In this document: positions 63,274 through 64,000 of the stretch, one piece after another
How positions within the stretch are numbered: the first letter of the stretch is position 1
How the letters are laid out: every line of letters starts with the position of its first letter
NCBI GenBank assembly: GCA_964623645.1
Contig: CAZURG010000002.1
Span: 8,041-72,040 of the forward strand
Direction: 5' to 3'
Origin: an uncultured Gammaproteobacteria bacterium
GTDB taxonomy: Bacteria > Patescibacteriota > Patescibacteriia > 2-12-FULL-60-25
DNA: 64,000 nucleotides
Translations under genes and position numbers: made by a program
Notes under the pieces: generated by a model
The model's database searches: none
Told to the model about the DNA's origin: nothing
Seen by the model: only the letters and a program-made list of their open reading frames with translations

Positions 63274-64000
63274 TCAGCGGTCGTTGGGTTCCCGCGTGCC
63301 CCGGGGGACGTGGATGCCGCAGATGCTGAGCGCGGCGAGCGTGACGCCGTCGATGAGGGTGCCGGCGTCGATGCGTGCACGCAGCTCCGCGGGAGAGAGG
63401 AGCTGGAGGGCGCCGATGTGTTCGAACGCTTCGGGCTCCTGCTTGTTGATGCGAGCGATCCGTGCCGTGACCACCGCTTGCGGATGGGCGAAGAAGGTGG
63501 TGTTGGTGTTCATCCACCCGACGAGGCGCAGGTCTTCGAGCTCGAGGCCGCCTTCCTCGAGGCCCTCGACCCGCGCGACACCCTTCACGAACCCGCTCAC
63601 GTCACCGCCGACCTGCATGGGGGAGCTAGCGGCCTTGCTCGGATCGAGCATCCCACGTGGGCACTCGAGATTCCACTGGCCGAGACCCTCGGCCAGCTCT
63701 CGCCAGCGGTCCCCCTCGAGGAGGTTCCGGACGTAGCCGCTCGGGGGCGCGTCGGCGAGACGGGGCCCGATGAACCGGTAGTTGTTGACGAGGGCGACGC
63801 GTCCCTCTGCGTCGGACGCGATGATGATCGTGCCCAGGTCCTCGATCAGGATCGGCTGCTCGTACCCAGGCACGAAAGCCGGTGAGCTGCCTTCATCCGG
63901 GTTCTTGGGCTTGGCGGCGATCGGTACGGCCACCCATGCCTGCGCGAATCCGCGAGGGTTCGCGCGTACCTCGACGCCTTCGCCGGGAACCGCCTTCCAT
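63274..64000 (-). CDS. NUDIX-like hydrolase (5' end probably beyond the window)
   Basis: The frame stays open upstream of the track's GTG at 63933 to position 63999. GFVKGVARVEGLEEGGLEL loosely fits a Nudix box. The assignment is tentative. Confidence 0.45.
   Translation of the reverse strand, partial: WKAVPGEGVEVRANPRGFAQAWVAVPIAAKPKNPDEGSSPAFVPGYEQPILIEDLGTIIIASDAEGRVALVNNYRFIGPRLADAPPSGYVRNLLEGDRWRELAEGLGQWNLECPRGMLDPSKAASSPMQVGGDVSGFVKGVARVEGLEEGGLELEDLRLVGWMNTNTTFFAHPQAVVTARIARINKQEPEAFEHIGALQLLSPAELRARIDAGTLIDGVTLAALSICGIHVPRGTREPNDR

Noticed and set aside
1-64000. CRISPR arrays, rRNA genes, and transposase or integrase genes
   Set aside because: I looked for regularly spaced short direct repeats and for recombinase motifs (tyrosine recombinase R..HxxR..Y, DDE, serine recombinase) in the translations. 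None was seen, so the island is not called a complete prophage, ICE or IS element.

Overview
This is a 64-kb bacterial chromosomal fragment with two clearly different base compositions, judged by eye and not computed. All homology calls come from reading motifs in the supplied translations and from memory of the named families. No database search was run.

(1) Positions 1 to ~14,600 are AT-rich and mosaic, with an intermediate-GC insert at ~1.9-6.1 kb. The block reads as a defence or mobile-element island. In order it holds:
- a partial membrane-anchored KAP-type P-loop NTPase that is missing from the ORF track
- a PD-(D/E)xK/DUF5655-like nuclease
- a translationally coupled operon of a ParB-methyltransferase, a second methyltransferase and a phage-type HTH protein
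- an RNxxxH (HEPN-like) protein with a 157-aa partner, facing a 508-aa protein with an Mrr-like nuclease domain
- two excisionase-type HTH genes facing a DUF6119/TIGR04141-like gene and a small PD-(D/E)xK gene
- a pol-beta-type nucleotidyltransferase bracketed by ~100-nt direct repeats that end in terminators.
I saw no integrase, transposase, tRNA, rRNA or CRISPR array anywhere in the window.

(2) Positions ~14.6-16.75 kb form a transitional block (gene remnants, TspO, SRPBCC). It is bracketed by two copies of a terminator-plus-motif repeat.

(3) Positions 16.8-64 kb are GC-rich backbone. It carries stress and housekeeping genes (greA, bcp, msrA, uppP, ABC-F, a MacAB-like pump, an MsbA-like exporter, CoA-transferase, MOSC, HAD, a KamA-like radical SAM enzyme) and many lineage-specific secreted lipoproteins. 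It also contains one AT-rich single-gene islet (56.9-58.0 kb) encoding a second RNxxxH protein.

An N-terminal anchor motif, FYGGMRYQQ, is one I associate with Patescibacteria/CPR-type secreted proteins. That lineage guess is weak.

The best candidates for an undescribed system are the DUF6119-like + PD-(D/E)xK pair with its divergent HTH genes (9.26-12.82 kb) and the HEPN-like/157-aa pair facing the Mrr-like gene (6.24-9.25 kb). The repeat-bracketed nucleotidyltransferase cassette (13.35-14.6 kb) comes next.
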